DNA of 64,000 nucleotides from a bacterium (GTDB lineage Bacteria > UBA8248 > JACPRG01 > G963555815): NCBI GenBank assembly GCA_965261595.1, contig CBDHDG010000003.1, forward strand, positions 96,001 to 160,000. The letters are read 5' to 3'. Below the pieces are notes generated by a model. The model was not told where the DNA came from and searched no databases. It saw nothing but the letters and a program-made list of their open reading frames with translations. Shown piece after piece: positions 41,749 through 52,426 of this stretch (position 1 is the first letter of the stretch; every line of letters begins with the position of its first letter). A program made the translations under genes and the position numbers.

Positions 41749-42702
41749 ATGAGTGTCTTGGTGACAGGCGCGACTGGTTTCATCGGCCGAAACCTTCTTG
41801 GAAATGCGCTCAAACGCCACAAGAAGATAGTGATTTCCAGGCACGGGAGAAATCCCTTTCGGAAGGATCCTTCCGTCGTTTTGTTTCAGTGTGATTTGCG
41901 GAAATTCCGGGAAGTCGACGCTATCTTCCGCCGGTTTCGGATCGATGCTGTCGTCCATTTTTCGACGGCGGGCATTCGAAAAGCTTCGAAGCAAGAGATA
42001 TGGGAAACCAATGTGCAGGGGATGTTCAATTTATTAGAGGCCGCGGCTGCCCGTCGGGTTTGCCGATTCATCAATGTAGGCACTTGCGGAGAACGGATCG
42101 CGCTGGAAATGGCCAACAACATCAATTCAGAGAACTCATGGAGGCTGGCGCATTTCCTTTCTAAGATAGCTCAGACAGCATTGGTGCAGGAATTCAACCA
42201 ACGACGCGGTCTTCCTACAGTCAACCTGCGGCTTTACCATGTGTACGGACCTCAAGAACGGGAGAGCCGTCTCTTCCCCAGAATCTTGAATGCTGCGATT
42301 CTAGGAAATTCGGTAGACCTTTCCCCGGGGAGAAGGAAAAGGGACTTTGTCTTTGTGGATGACGTGGTCCGTGCTGTGGACTCGGCGGTGACCATCCCCC
42401 GGTTTCCCCGTGGGCGCATCCTGGACATCGCGACCGGGGAAGGTCTGTCCATACATCGCGTTGTGGGCGTTCTTCGCCGGAAATCCTATGCCTCCAAGGC
42501 GTTCGCCCCCCGTTTCGGCGGACTGCCTTATGACATGACCGACGTGACGGCCCTTGTCGGAGACCCGAAGCCGGCGAAACGATTCCTCCGCTGGAGTCCT
42601 CGGGTCAACATCTCCGAGGGTTTGGATCGAATGGAGGCGGCCATCCGGAAGGCTCAATCCGGTGATCTGGAAGACGCCCTCTCTCCAGGCTTAAGGCGTT
42701 GA
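41749..42702 (+). CDS. NAD-dependent epimerase/dehydratase
   Basis: VTGATGFIG, R..HVYGP and RDFVFVDDV; FLSK stands where YxxxK is expected. Confidence 0.85.
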   Translation: MSVLVTGATGFIGRNLLGNALKRHKKIVISRHGRNPFRKDPSVVLFQCDLRKFREVDAIFRRFRIDAVVHFSTAGIRKASKQEIWETNVQGMFNLLEAAAARRVCRFINVGTCGERIALEMANNINSENSWRLAHFLSKIAQTALVQEFNQRRGLPTVNLRLYHVYGPQERESRLFPRILNAAILGNSVDLSPGRRKRDFVFVDDVVRAVDSAVTIPRFPRGRILDIATGEGLSIHRVVGVLRRKSYASKAFAPRFGGLPYDMTDVTALVGDPKPAKRFLRWSPRVNISEGLDRMEAAIRKAQSGDLEDALSPGLRR

Positions 42703-42706
42703 TCAC

Positions 42707-44112
42707 ATGTTGGCCCATTCCCTGAAGCGGTGCCTTTACACTTGGCCCGATCACGATCTGCGTACGAATCCCCGATGGCGGTTTGAAAATGGCGGCAGGG
42801 TCCTCGTCCGCGACCTGCCGGAAAGTCCGGCGGAATTGGCGGAAGACAGCCGGTGGCCGGCATTTTTCCCCTCTCCCATGTGCCTGGTCACGACGACGGA
42901 CGGATCAGGAGCGGGATTGGAGAAGGTGGTCGGGGCCTCCATCGTCAATCGATTTCCTTACGTCATGGCGCTCAGTTTTTGCACCCGGCCTCTTTCGGCG
43001 CGTCATCATCCCCGACGGACTTTCACGGAAATGCTGGAGCGGGGCGGGTGCGTTGCTGTCCAGTATCTTCCGCATGGCCGGAGTCTCGATCGGGTGCTGG
43101 ATGTGATCCATTCCGGTGCGGAGAAAGACACGCGCGGGCGGACCGCCGCAACCGGTCTTCCAACGCGCAAGGCCGTTTCCAATGGTGCGCCGGTTTTCAA
43201 CGAGGCCCACCTGATTTACGAAGCCAGGCTTGTGAAGCCCGGCAAGGATTTCGGTGGAGAGCCGATATATTCTGAGCCGTGGATCGATCTCGGAAGTCAC
43301 CGGGTGTACTTCCTGGAGATCAACGCAATCCAGCTTCGCCGGGACATCGCCGAGGGCAGAAGTCAGATCGTCTGGAGGAGCCTGCCGGCGTGGCGGCCGG
43401 AGCGGGAGATTGAGTTACAGACGGCGCCCGACAAAGGCATCGGACCCGAAGGTCGATACCAGAAAGGTTATACGCCTCACTACCGCTTTCCTTCGGCTGG
43501 AACCATTGCCTTCGAGGCGGATGCAATCCAGGATGGCATGGCCGTCAAGCATCTCCCCCCGTTGCCCGAAGACCAGGTGGAGGTCGATAATGACCGGGCC
43601 CGCTGGCCCTGCTTTTTTCCTTCCTCAGCCGGTATGATCACCTCGTGGGCCGACGATGGAGTGGCGAACCTGATGCCTTGCGGGTCCACGACGATTTTGA
43701 GCCGTCATCCCTGATCATCGCGCCGTGTATCTCTTATGCGGCCATCAATGAGCGGTACGCCCCCCGCGCGAGCCTGGAAATTCTCCGAAGGACGGGCAGG
43801 TTCGGCTGCGGCGTTCCGTTCATCCATGACGCGGTGCTCGACGCCATCCGGTACGCGGGCAGCACCTCGATTTCCGTCGATCCCCGGAAGGTGGAACGAA
43901 CCCTTCTGGAAATTGAGAAGCGGGAGTGGGCGCCCGTGTTTCCGGACCTTCCGATCCACTATGAATGTGCGATCCAGGGCGAGGTCCGGCTGGGGACGCA
44001 TATCATGTTTCTTGGCGAAGTCCGGCGGATTCGGGTCCGGGAGGACGTTACGCCGGAAAACCGGCTCGAATGGATCCCGTGGGGGGATGTCCAGCCGGCA
44101 TCCCGGGAATGA
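42707..44112 (+). pseudogene. Tandem flavin-reductase-like domain protein with one frameshift near 43710
   Basis: Internal duplication RWPAFFPS / RWPCFFPS, VNRFP / LSRHP and LGSHRVYF / LGTHIMF. Confidence 0.7.
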
Positions 44113-44218
44113 CCCGGGATGATTCGTCGAAAACGTAATGAAGATTGATTCTCGGGATATGTGTTCCTGGTGTGCGGGCGGTCTTAAATTTCGAGATATG
44201 GGGCTGAGGAGATGATGC

Positions 44219-45193
44219 CTACCGCTCTTTTTCAATTCCTGAGGGTGAACTTGGAAATCCCGCCCGTTCCGATATGATGAACGGTGGTCGGCGCTGAACT
44301 TCGCTGAAAATCCGCCACAAATACTCCGCGACAATGCCCAACATGAGAAGCTGGAATCCGGAGAGAACCAGTATAATGACCATCAGGGCAGGCCAGCCTT
44401 CCGGGAGCGTCTTATCGAACAAAGCGTTAACGATAATGATGAGCGCATAGAGGAACCCGGTGGTCGATATCAAAATCCCCGACACGGATATCAAACGAAT
44501 GGGCTTATACGAGAAAGAAGCGATAGAGTCGATGACCAATTTTGAGCGCTTGGAGAAGGTCCATTTTGACTTTCCGCTTCGACGGACGGACCGGTCATAT
44601 TCGATTGAAGTTTGATTGAATCCTGACCATAAGATCAGGCTGAAGAGCGAGATGTTTTTCTCCCGCATGGGTACGATAGTGTCGATGACCTTTCGGTTGA
44701 TGAGGCAGATGTCGGCGCCGGAGGACGGGGTTTCTTTTAACGCCAAGTGTCTCATCAGAAAGTAAAAAATACGTGAAATGAGCCTATAAAACACGGATTC
44801 TTTCCTTGTCCTCCGGACCGCCCAGACAATGTCGGCTCCTTTTTCTTTCAAGGCTTGCATCATTTCAAGTATCAGCTCAGGCGGATCTTGAAGGTCAGCG
44901 GCGAGGTTGACCGCCACATCGCCTGTGGCTTCCGGCAACCCGGCCATGAGCGCTTGGTGGCTGCCAAAATTGCGTGAAAACCGAAGAGTGCGTATCCGGT
45001 TGTCCTGTTCAACCAGCCTTTTCAAGACTTCGAAGGAATGGTCGGTGGACCCGTCGTCAACAAGAATGAACTCCCACGAAAAGTCCGGATTGCTCTCGGC
45101 CAGGTCCGCCAAGCGCTTGTGCAGAACGGCGAGATTTTCTTCTTCGTTGTACAGAGGGATGATAACCGAAATCTTCGTAGGCAACTTGATCAA
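44219..45193 (-). CDS. GT2 polyprenol-phosphate glycosyltransferase (GtrB/ArnC-like)
   Basis: IPLYNEEEN, VDDGSTD, FSRNFGSH and ADLQDPPELI; two C-terminal TMs. Confidence 0.93.
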   Translation of the reverse strand: MIKLPTKISVIIPLYNEEENLAVLHKRLADLAESNPDFSWEFILVDDGSTDHSFEVLKRLVEQDNRIRTLRFSRNFGSHQALMAGLPEATGDVAVNLAADLQDPPELILEMMQALKEKGADIVWAVRRTRKESVFYRLISRIFYFLMRHLALKETPSSGADICLINRKVIDTIVPMREKNISLFSLILWSGFNQTSIEYDRSVRRSGKSKWTFSKRSKLVIDSIASFSYKPIRLISVSGILISTTGFLYALIIIVNALFDKTLPEGWPALMVIILVLSGFQLLMLGIVAEYLWRIFSEVQRRPPFIISERAGFPSSPSGIEKER

Positions 45194-45422
45194 ACCCTGT
45201 GAGGCGTTGAGATCGGAGAGGATGAAAAAGGTGAATCTTCAGCCATCCGGATCGAATCCCGACTCGGTGTTCATGGCTCTTATATCACAGGCTCGGCAGG
45301 ACGACAATTGAGTCATGCCGCCAATCCTCGATGTCCTTGCATTGTCGACCCCGGTGTCGGATCATTCTCATTTGCGCGGATCCCCGAGAGGGCGACTTCC
45401 ACTGCTGGCAGAAATTCGAGGC

Positions 45423-46583
45423 ATGCCTTTCCGAATCCTGCATCTACTGACCCTCGCCGGTCTCGGCGGCACCGAATCCTCCGTCCTTTCCATCATTCAG
45501 GGAACGGATGCGGGCCGTTTCCAGAGCGAGATTGCCGTTTTGAGAGATGAGGGTCCGATGAGCGCCCGCTGGCGTGAGGCGGGAATCCCCGTCACCCACC
45601 TGAACGTACGCTGGGAGTGGACCCCCCGCACGCTGGGCAAGCTCTCGCGTCTTATTCGGGACGGTCGATATGATGTCGTGACCCTCTACGGCGTGGCTGT
45701 GAATGTGCTCGGCCGGCTGGCCTGCCGGAGGGTGGGTCAGAAGAATGTTATCGGTGTCATCCGGGGGATCAGCAATGAGCGGACCGTCAGCCGGTTGCGT
45801 TTGTGGGTGGACCGGGTGTCCTTTTCGCTTGCGGATTGTTACGTCTCCAATTCTCAGGCGATCATCGATCATCTGATCGAGGCGGGTTTTCCCCCCGAGA
45901 AGCTGCGACTGGCCCGGACGGGGCTTTCCTCGGAGCCGTTTGACCGGGCCCCCTCTCGTGAGGAGGCGCGTCGGCGGATGGGTATTGCGGGGGACGCGCG
46001 GCCGGTCATCACCTGCGTCGGAAACCTCAGACCCGTCAAAGATCATTCTCTCCTGTTACGCGCCTGCCGCGCCCTCCGGGATCGCGGTTTCGATTATCTC
46101 CTTCTTCTCGCCGGCTCGGGCCCCGCGGAGGAGAGGGTCCGGCGGGAGGTCCAGGATTTGGGGCTGCTGAACCAAGTCCGGTTCCTCGGAGAGCGCGGGG
46201 ATATCCCGACGGTTCTGGCCGCGACGGACCTCTTCGTCCTGACTTCCCTGTGGGAGGGTCTGCCGCGCTCCATTATGGAGGCCATGGCGAGCCGGCTGGC
46301 CGTGGTCTCGACCGACGCGGGGGGCGTGCGGGAGCTGGTTCTGGACGGGGAGACGGGATACGTTGTTTCCGTCGGCGACGTAGAGACCCTGGGTGGGCGG
46401 ATGGCGGACTTGTTGAGCGATCCCGCCTTGCGTCGCGCGATGGGCGAGGCCGGATTTCAGCGGGTGAAAGAGCGCTTCACGGAAGAGCGGATGGTGACCG
46501 CGATGGAGGCGATTTATCGGGAAGTCCTGGGAGCTTCCCCTTCCCTGCCGACGGTCGAATCGACGGGGACGCCCAACCCATGA
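45423..46583 (+). CDS. Glycosyltransferase family 4
   Basis: GG.E, VGNL.PVKDH and S.WEGLP.SIMEAMAS...D.GG..E. Confidence 0.92.
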   Translation: MPFRILHLLTLAGLGGTESSVLSIIQGTDAGRFQSEIAVLRDEGPMSARWREAGIPVTHLNVRWEWTPRTLGKLSRLIRDGRYDVVTLYGVAVNVLGRLACRRVGQKNVIGVIRGISNERTVSRLRLWVDRVSFSLADCYVSNSQAIIDHLIEAGFPPEKLRLARTGLSSEPFDRAPSREEARRRMGIAGDARPVITCVGNLRPVKDHSLLLRACRALRDRGFDYLLLLAGSGPAEERVRREVQDLGLLNQVRFLGERGDIPTVLAATDLFVLTSLWEGLPRSIMEAMASRLAVVSTDAGGVRELVLDGETGYVVSVGDVETLGGRMADLLSDPALRRAMGEAGFQRVKERFTEERMVTAMEAIYREVLGASPSLPTVESTGTPNP

Positions 46584-46639
46584 GGCCTTCGCGGTGATCT
46601 TCCGTCCTGAGAATCGGATGGAAGACCGAGCCCGAATTT

Positions 46640-47035
46640 CTGTCGGGGAGCCCCTCTCGCTTTCTCTGGTGATCCCCCTGTTCTCGGCTGGGCGCCCGGT
46701 TCCGGATTCGAGGAATCGTTGGCCAGGACCATCGAGTGGTACAGGGAGTTTTGGACCCGGTGAGTGGTGCGGCGATCCCCCCCACGATTGTCTTGGCTGG
46801 CGGCCGGGGAAGCCGTCTTGGAAGTCTCTCCGATGAAATTCCCAAGCCGATGGTCGCGATTGATGACCGTCCCATCCTGCGGCACATCCTGTTGAGTTAT
46901 GAACGCGCCGGGTGCCGGGACTTTATCATCTGCCTGGGGCATAAAGGCGGGGTGGTCAAGGACTATTTCCGAAGCCTTCGGGATAAGGCCCTGGATTGGG
47001 AGGTGGATTTTTTCGGCGGATCCACGGTGGTTTGA
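46640..47035 (+). pseudogene. Fragments: epimerase/RfbG-like C-terminus followed by an RfbF-like nucleotidyltransferase N-terminus
   Basis: LGWAP....EESLARTIEWYREF* followed by VLAGGRGSRL...IPKPMV.I...PIL.HI...FIICLGHKG..VKDYF, which stops early. Confidence 0.75.
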
Positions 47036-47181
47036 CCGATTTGCTATCATGCCGTAGTTCGAACGTACGACTCGATGTGTTGAAATGAGAGGTGTCTGGG
47101 TGTTCTAATTAGTCAATTCAGTTGTGTTGTTTTGCGGCTTTAGGGGTCTCGCGTCCTTTTCCCCGTTGGAGACAGTTCCCG

Positions 47182-48063
47182 TTGAAACGAAAAATCTGCT
47201 TGCTGTGCGGTTCCACGTCCTGTGAAAGGGTTTTCCTGCGGAAGTGGGAAAGACCGGTCGAGTTCGTCATGTGTGATCGATGCGGGTTGGTCTATCAGTC
47301 CACCCCGCTGAATGCCTCGGAACTCCGGAGTGTGAATCAGAATCCGGACGAGACGTTGAGACGGCTTCAACCGAAGCGGTTGAGCCACAAGATTCGCCAG
47401 GGCCAGGAACGTTGGGCCTGGATCATGGATCGTCTGAGTCGGGAAGACCGAGATTCGATTGACACCCTGCTGGAAATCGGGAGTGGGGAAGGAACACTGC
47501 TGGAAGCGGCTCGAAAGAGCCTCCATGAAGCCGTTGGCATCGAATACAACCCCCTTTTCGTAACCTTCTGCCAAGAGAAGGGATTGAAAGTGATCAAGGG
47601 GGAGTGGCCGCAAACCGCACCCGATTCAAGGTTTGCATTGGTGGCCATGTTGCACGTTGTCGAGCACCTTTCAGATCCCCTTTTCTCTTTGCGTCGGGTC
47701 AAAGATGTCTTGCGTGAGGATGGGGTCCTTTGCATCGAGACGCCTGATGTCTGGCGTCCGGTTGGGAATCTTCAGAACACCTTTCTAGGGCCTGATCACT
47801 TGATCCTTCTGTCTGAAGGAACGATAAAACCTTTTCTGGCAAAGGCGGGATTCGAGGTGTTCGCTGTGGAGCGGGTCGAGTTGGGATTGAGGGTGCTCGC
47901 CCGTCCCCGCCCGGACGCTTCTTTCGAAATCACGTCCGCTCACCCGGCGAAGCTTCGAAGGCGGCTCATTTTTCACCAAATCCGGTGGCAACTGATCGCG
48001 GAGTGGCGGGAGTGGCTGGCGGGGCGGCGGTCCGCTCTGGGATTCTCTGAGAGGCTGGATTAG
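47182..48063 (+). CDS. Class I SAM-dependent methyltransferase with N-terminal Zn-ribbon
   Basis: CLLC..CDRC, LLEIGSGEG, HVVEHL.DP and IETP. Confidence 0.85.
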   Translation: MKRKICLLCGSTSCERVFLRKWERPVEFVMCDRCGLVYQSTPLNASELRSVNQNPDETLRRLQPKRLSHKIRQGQERWAWIMDRLSREDRDSIDTLLEIGSGEGTLLEAARKSLHEAVGIEYNPLFVTFCQEKGLKVIKGEWPQTAPDSRFALVAMLHVVEHLSDPLFSLRRVKDVLREDGVLCIETPDVWRPVGNLQNTFLGPDHLILLSEGTIKPFLAKAGFEVFAVERVELGLRVLARPRPDASFEITSAHPAKLRRRLIFHQIRWQLIAEWREWLAGRRSALGFSERLD

Positions 48064-48114
48064 CCGGAATCATCCTCCCGTCGGGGCCGCCTGGAGCAGC
48101 CAAAGGCCGAAACG

Positions 48115-48969
48115 ATGACCTGGAACTTCTTCGAGCACGTCCGATTCTTCACGCTTTCGGCGCTCCTACTCATTCTTTTTGCGGCTTCGAACGGGTTTCC
48201 CGCCGAATCCTCTGGGTTGCCCCGAGTGCTGATCGGCAAGGACGGGGCTCGGCTGCGGTTGATTCCCGCGGGAGAATTCCGGAAAGGAAGTACAAGGCTT
48301 GAGATTCGAGCGGCGGTGAAGATGACCAGGCGGCATCATCCCGTTGTCCGTCCCGAGTGGTTCGAGGATGAGCTCCCTGCCCGGAAGGTCTTTGTCCCGT
48401 CGTTCTATATCGATGCGACCGAAATCACCATTTCAAGATATTACTGGAAGGGAAAGCCGCCCGGTGATCTTCGGCCCCAATTCAAAACCCAATCCTCTTT
48501 GATGCCCGGCTGGTCGATCGCCGGCCGGGCGAGCTCCTGGGATGTCCCCATCGCCAATATCCGGTGGGAAGAGGCGGAGGCGTATTGCCGAAAAGTCGGT
48601 CGGAGATTGCCGTCCTCCGATGAATGGGAAAAGGCGGCCCGGGGAATCCATGGCCGTATTTTCCCCTGGGGAAACCGGTTCGATCCCGCCCGGCTGAATT
48701 CGTACGAGGCCGGGGTGCGCTCCGCCGTGGCCGCCGGCCGCTATGCCTCGGGAGCCAGCCCGTATGGCGTCCTGGACATGGCCGGCAATGTGTGGGAGTG
48801 GACGACCGATTGGCATGATCCCGCTTCGAGAAAGGTCGGCCGCAGGCGTATCATCCGCGGCGGAGGCTGGGGATACGGGGGTGCCTTTGCCCGGACGGCC
48901 AACCTGGGAGCGGTATGGTCCGGCGAACGGCACCCGTCGCTGGGTTTCCGTTGTGCGATGAGTCCGTGA
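48115..48969 (+). CDS. Secreted FGE-sulfatase/SUMF1 domain protein
   Basis: Signal-like N-terminus, IPAGEF.KG, RLPS..EWEKAARG, DMAGNVWEW and GFRCA. Confidence 0.9.
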   Translation: MTWNFFEHVRFFTLSALLLILFAASNGFPAESSGLPRVLIGKDGARLRLIPAGEFRKGSTRLEIRAAVKMTRRHHPVVRPEWFEDELPARKVFVPSFYIDATEITISRYYWKGKPPGDLRPQFKTQSSLMPGWSIAGRASSWDVPIANIRWEEAEAYCRKVGRRLPSSDEWEKAARGIHGRIFPWGNRFDPARLNSYEAGVRSAVAAGRYASGASPYGVLDMAGNVWEWTTDWHDPASRKVGRRRIIRGGGWGYGGAFARTANLGAVWSGERHPSLGFRCAMSP

Positions 48970-49021
48970 CGCCGCGGCAGGTTTCCTCCCGAGTCCGTTT
49001 CTCACTTCCGGAATGCGATGA

Positions 49022-50704
49022 ATGACCTTGACCGACCCAAGCTGGAATGATCGATGGCTCACCCGGATCCGCCTTCAGTTCCTCGCCGGCGGTTTTCTCG
49101 GCGGGTGGGTCCTCTCGGCGGGTCTGGAGTTTTTCCGCTGGGAGGGGATCACGCGGCTTCCGGGCTGGGAGGTTCGGTGGGCCGCCGCATTTTTGGCCGT
49201 TTGGACGCTGCTGTCGCCCGGGACCGCGGGTTCGATTCTCACCACTTTACGAAACCGTTTTCGCTTCAGCCGGGACGCTCCTCCCCCTAAGCTCATCCTC
49301 CCGCCCTGGGGGCTCGCGGCTCTCGGAGCGGCCGGAGGCGCTCTTTGGTGGGAACTCCCGGGAACCTTCTTTATGACCGCGGCGTTTCTCATCGGTTTCC
49401 GGTCCGTTCTCCGGCGGCTTCCCCCGGGGGAACGGACTTCGTTGTCCCGATTGATCTCCATCGCCCTGGCGACTCGGCTTCTGTTCATCTTCGTCTACTA
49501 TCCGCTTGCCTCCTTCATGGGGTGGACCGCCGCTTGGCTCACGCTGGATGTTCCTCCGGTCCTTGTCCCCGTCCTTTTCGGAGATGGGGTTGACGCGCTC
49601 AGCCTGAGTCGCGCCTGGGCTTTGTATTGGAGGGGGGACTGGGTTTCTCCCGCCGAATTTTCGGAGATTGCCAATCCGGATCGATCGCTGCTTTCGATCC
49701 ATGGGGACGTCCGGCACCTCCTCCCGCCCGCGTTGCTGTTTTTCGTTTTCGGCGTAGAGATGATTGGGGCCAGGGTCCTGAGCTCCGTGGCGACTGTGTG
49801 CGCCGCCGTCATTGCCTACTTCACCCTTCGGGGCCGGTTTGGCCTCCGGGCGGCATGGTGCGCCGCCGCCTTGTTGGCCTTCTGGCCCACGTTGTTTTCT
49901 TGGTCGTTGGATGCGTTGAAGGAGCCTTATTTTCTTCTCCTTTTGATTGCCTCCGCCTGGTTCACCGAGCGGTTCTCCAGGGAAGGCGGTTGGAGACCGA
50001 TGGCCGCGTCTCTGGTGATGCTGGGGTTGGCGCTCAGTGTGCGGACCCGTTGGTTTCCGCCCATCGTATTCACGGCCGTCATTTGTCTGGGCGGGTGGGT
50101 TATCCGGAAGGCGCTCCACCGGTTTTCCCGGGTTCGCCAGGCGGCCTGCGGCGCACTTGTCCTGGGATTGCTGATAGGGGGTGTGTTCGCGTGGCCCGCC
50201 GGCCGGCGTCTGGTCTACTACTACTCGTACCAAAGCGTCTCGGCGCAACGGAGCTTTGCCCTGCACTACGGGAAAGGTTACAAGGTCTGGCCCGCTGAAT
50301 ACTACACCCGTTCGACGAATGACTTCCCCATCATCTTCAAATGGCGGGACGCCGCCTGGGCGAACCTGAAGAATCTCGGGCATGTGATGTTCGAGCCTTT
50401 TCCCCGGTGGTGGGGAGGGAGAGGGTGGAAGGGCGCCGCGTTTTTTCTTTTGGCCGTGCCGTGGTGGATTGTTGTGGGACTCGCGGGTGTCGGGGGCGGG
50501 GTGATCGCGTTCCGCAAAGACGGCATGGGTTGGATCTACCTGGTTTACACCTCGGTGACTTTGGCCTTCCTCGCCACATTCAGCGGGAACGTGGGAACCT
50601 TGATCCGCCACCGGGATTCGGTCAGTCCGATCCTGCTCATGATTGCCGCCGTCGGTGTATCGGCGGTGTGGGAGCGGTTGAGACCCGGTGAGTCGCGCGG
50701 CTGA
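49022..50704 (+). CDS. Polytopic membrane protein, GT-C/Wzy-like
   Basis: Many TMs, WP....WS...LKE and GNVGTLIRHR motifs. Confidence 0.65.
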   Translation: MTLTDPSWNDRWLTRIRLQFLAGGFLGGWVLSAGLEFFRWEGITRLPGWEVRWAAAFLAVWTLLSPGTAGSILTTLRNRFRFSRDAPPPKLILPPWGLAALGAAGGALWWELPGTFFMTAAFLIGFRSVLRRLPPGERTSLSRLISIALATRLLFIFVYYPLASFMGWTAAWLTLDVPPVLVPVLFGDGVDALSLSRAWALYWRGDWVSPAEFSEIANPDRSLLSIHGDVRHLLPPALLFFVFGVEMIGARVLSSVATVCAAVIAYFTLRGRFGLRAAWCAAALLAFWPTLFSWSLDALKEPYFLLLLIASAWFTERFSREGGWRPMAASLVMLGLALSVRTRWFPPIVFTAVICLGGWVIRKALHRFSRVRQAACGALVLGLLIGGVFAWPAGRRLVYYYSYQSVSAQRSFALHYGKGYKVWPAEYYTRSTNDFPIIFKWRDAAWANLKNLGHVMFEPFPRWWGGRGWKGAAFFLLAVPWWIVVGLAGVGGGVIAFRKDGMGWIYLVYTSVTLAFLATFSGNVGTLIRHRDSVSPILLMIAAVGVSAVWERLRPGESRG

Positions 50705-50853
50705 CCCCATGGGCGGGATGCTCGTATGGGTTGGGGCGGGAATGGGCTTTTCAGGCGCGCGCGGCCCTTAAGCGATTTGCGCGCATCCAATCAGGCTCTC
50801 CCGGATGTCTGCCGCTTGGCCCGGATGGAACGTTCGGGAATCATCAAAGCCTG

Positions 50854-52254
50854 TTACGGCTGATAACCTTCAATGTAATCTTTCAAGTTGATCTTGTCCG
50901 AGCCCGGGACGGAGATTTCGTCCGGATAGTTGGATTTCCGGGTGGCGTCGATTCCGACTTTCGTCACGAGGTGGGAGCCGCCCTCCGGATCGATGGAAGC
51001 CGGATCCAGCGGGGAGCCCTTGGCGTAGGGGACCATGAAGATGTCGATATCTCCGCGAACCCGGGTCGCAATCGCGTGGAGAACCTCGGTGTCGTTGGTG
51101 ATGTCCACGTCATGATCCACCACCACGACAAACTTCAGGTGGGGATCCGTTATGAAGGCCGCCATGGCGGCCTGTTTGCCCTCGCCTTCGATCATCTTTT
51201 CAATGGCCACATAGCACATGAAGCGGAAACGCCCCGCCCGGGGCATGTGGGCCCCGCGCACCGTCGGGCAGGCGATCTTCACATTGTTCTCGATCACCGT
51301 CGCGCGGATCACACCGTTTACAAGCAGGTTGTCCGGATGCGCGACGAAGGCGTTCTGATATAAAGGGTTCCGTCGGTGAGTCATCGCCTTGACTTCGAGC
51401 ACCGGATTCATCCGCATGGGCCCGTACGTTCCCGGGTACTCCCCGAAGGGCGCCTCTTCCTCGCGAATGTGAGGAAGGATCTCGCACTCCAAGATGATTT
51501 CCGCGTCGGCCGGCACGTCGAGCGGGATGGTTTCGCACCTCACCAGCTGAACGGGCTTTTGCAGGATGCCTCCGGCAATTTGAATCTCATCCGTCTCCAA
51601 CGGCATGTACGTCAAAGCGCCCATGAAGAAGGCGGGGTGATGGCCCAGGATGACCGCCATGGGGCAAGGCGCCCCGCGATTCTCGAACTTTTTCCAAATG
51701 TAATGACCGTGGGCGGTTTCGGAGAGTTGAATGCCGAGCCTGTTCCGGCCCTGGACCATCAGGCGGTAGACCCCGATGTTGTCCACGCCTGAATCAGGGT
51801 CGCGTGTCAGGCACAGGCCCGCCGTGATGTACTTGCCCGCGTCTCTTTCATGATAGATGCAGGTGGGCATTTCGTTGATGTCCACCGCTTCACCCGTTTT
51901 GATGACCTCCTTGACGGGACCCGTATCGACCATTTCGGGCGGGATGGGATTGGATTCCCGCCGATGGAACTCTTCCAGGAATTCTCTGACGGAAGCCTTT
52001 TCCATGCCCAAGGCCAGTTGAAGCCGGTTGACGCTGGCATGCATATTCGCGATCAACGGCATGGAAGAGCCTTTGACGTTCTCGAAAATAACCAAGGGGA
52101 ATTTATCGTCTTTTTCCAAACGATCGAGGATTCCGCTGACCCCGAATTCCGGGTCGACTTCTTTTCGGATTCGCACCACCTCTTCCGGATGCCGTTCTTC
52201 AAGGAATTCGATAAACCCTCGTAAATCATCGGTGACGGTTCTGATGGGTGTCAT
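50854..52254 (-). CDS. UbiD family (prFMN-dependent) decarboxylase
   Basis: D.G.YIT, N.GVYR, VPADAEIILE, EAPFGEYPG, VVVVDHDVD, LDP and KVGIDAT. Confidence 0.92.
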   Translation of the reverse strand: MTPIRTVTDDLRGFIEFLEERHPEEVVRIRKEVDPEFGVSGILDRLEKDDKFPLVIFENVKGSSMPLIANMHASVNRLQLALGMEKASVREFLEEFHRRESNPIPPEMVDTGPVKEVIKTGEAVDINEMPTCIYHERDAGKYITAGLCLTRDPDSGVDNIGVYRLMVQGRNRLGIQLSETAHGHYIWKKFENRGAPCPMAVILGHHPAFFMGALTYMPLETDEIQIAGGILQKPVQLVRCETIPLDVPADAEIILECEILPHIREEEAPFGEYPGTYGPMRMNPVLEVKAMTHRRNPLYQNAFVAHPDNLLVNGVIRATVIENNVKIACPTVRGAHMPRAGRFRFMCYVAIEKMIEGEGKQAAMAAFITDPHLKFVVVVDHDVDITNDTEVLHAIATRVRGDIDIFMVPYAKGSPLDPASIDPEGGSHLVTKVGIDATRKSNYPDEISVPGSDKINLKDYIEGYQP

Positions 52255-52426
52255 GGTTCCTCTCCTTGCGGCTCGAATGGATTACCCATAATGAGTTCGC
52301 TCGGAAATGGGAGAGGCGGCCATCGGCGGGGGAGAACGATTCTCCTCCGGGAGTCGCCTTGAACCAGGGGTCCCGGTTCGGATTCCAATCCCCGCGGCGG
52401 ACGGCCGTGTCAGACGCGCTCCTTTT

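Noticed and set aside
48115..48969. Second FGE gene as DGR target or template
   Set aside because: Its 3' region lacks the NNC/AAC pattern and pyrimidine-rich tail, and it is too divergent from the 31.4-kb gene.
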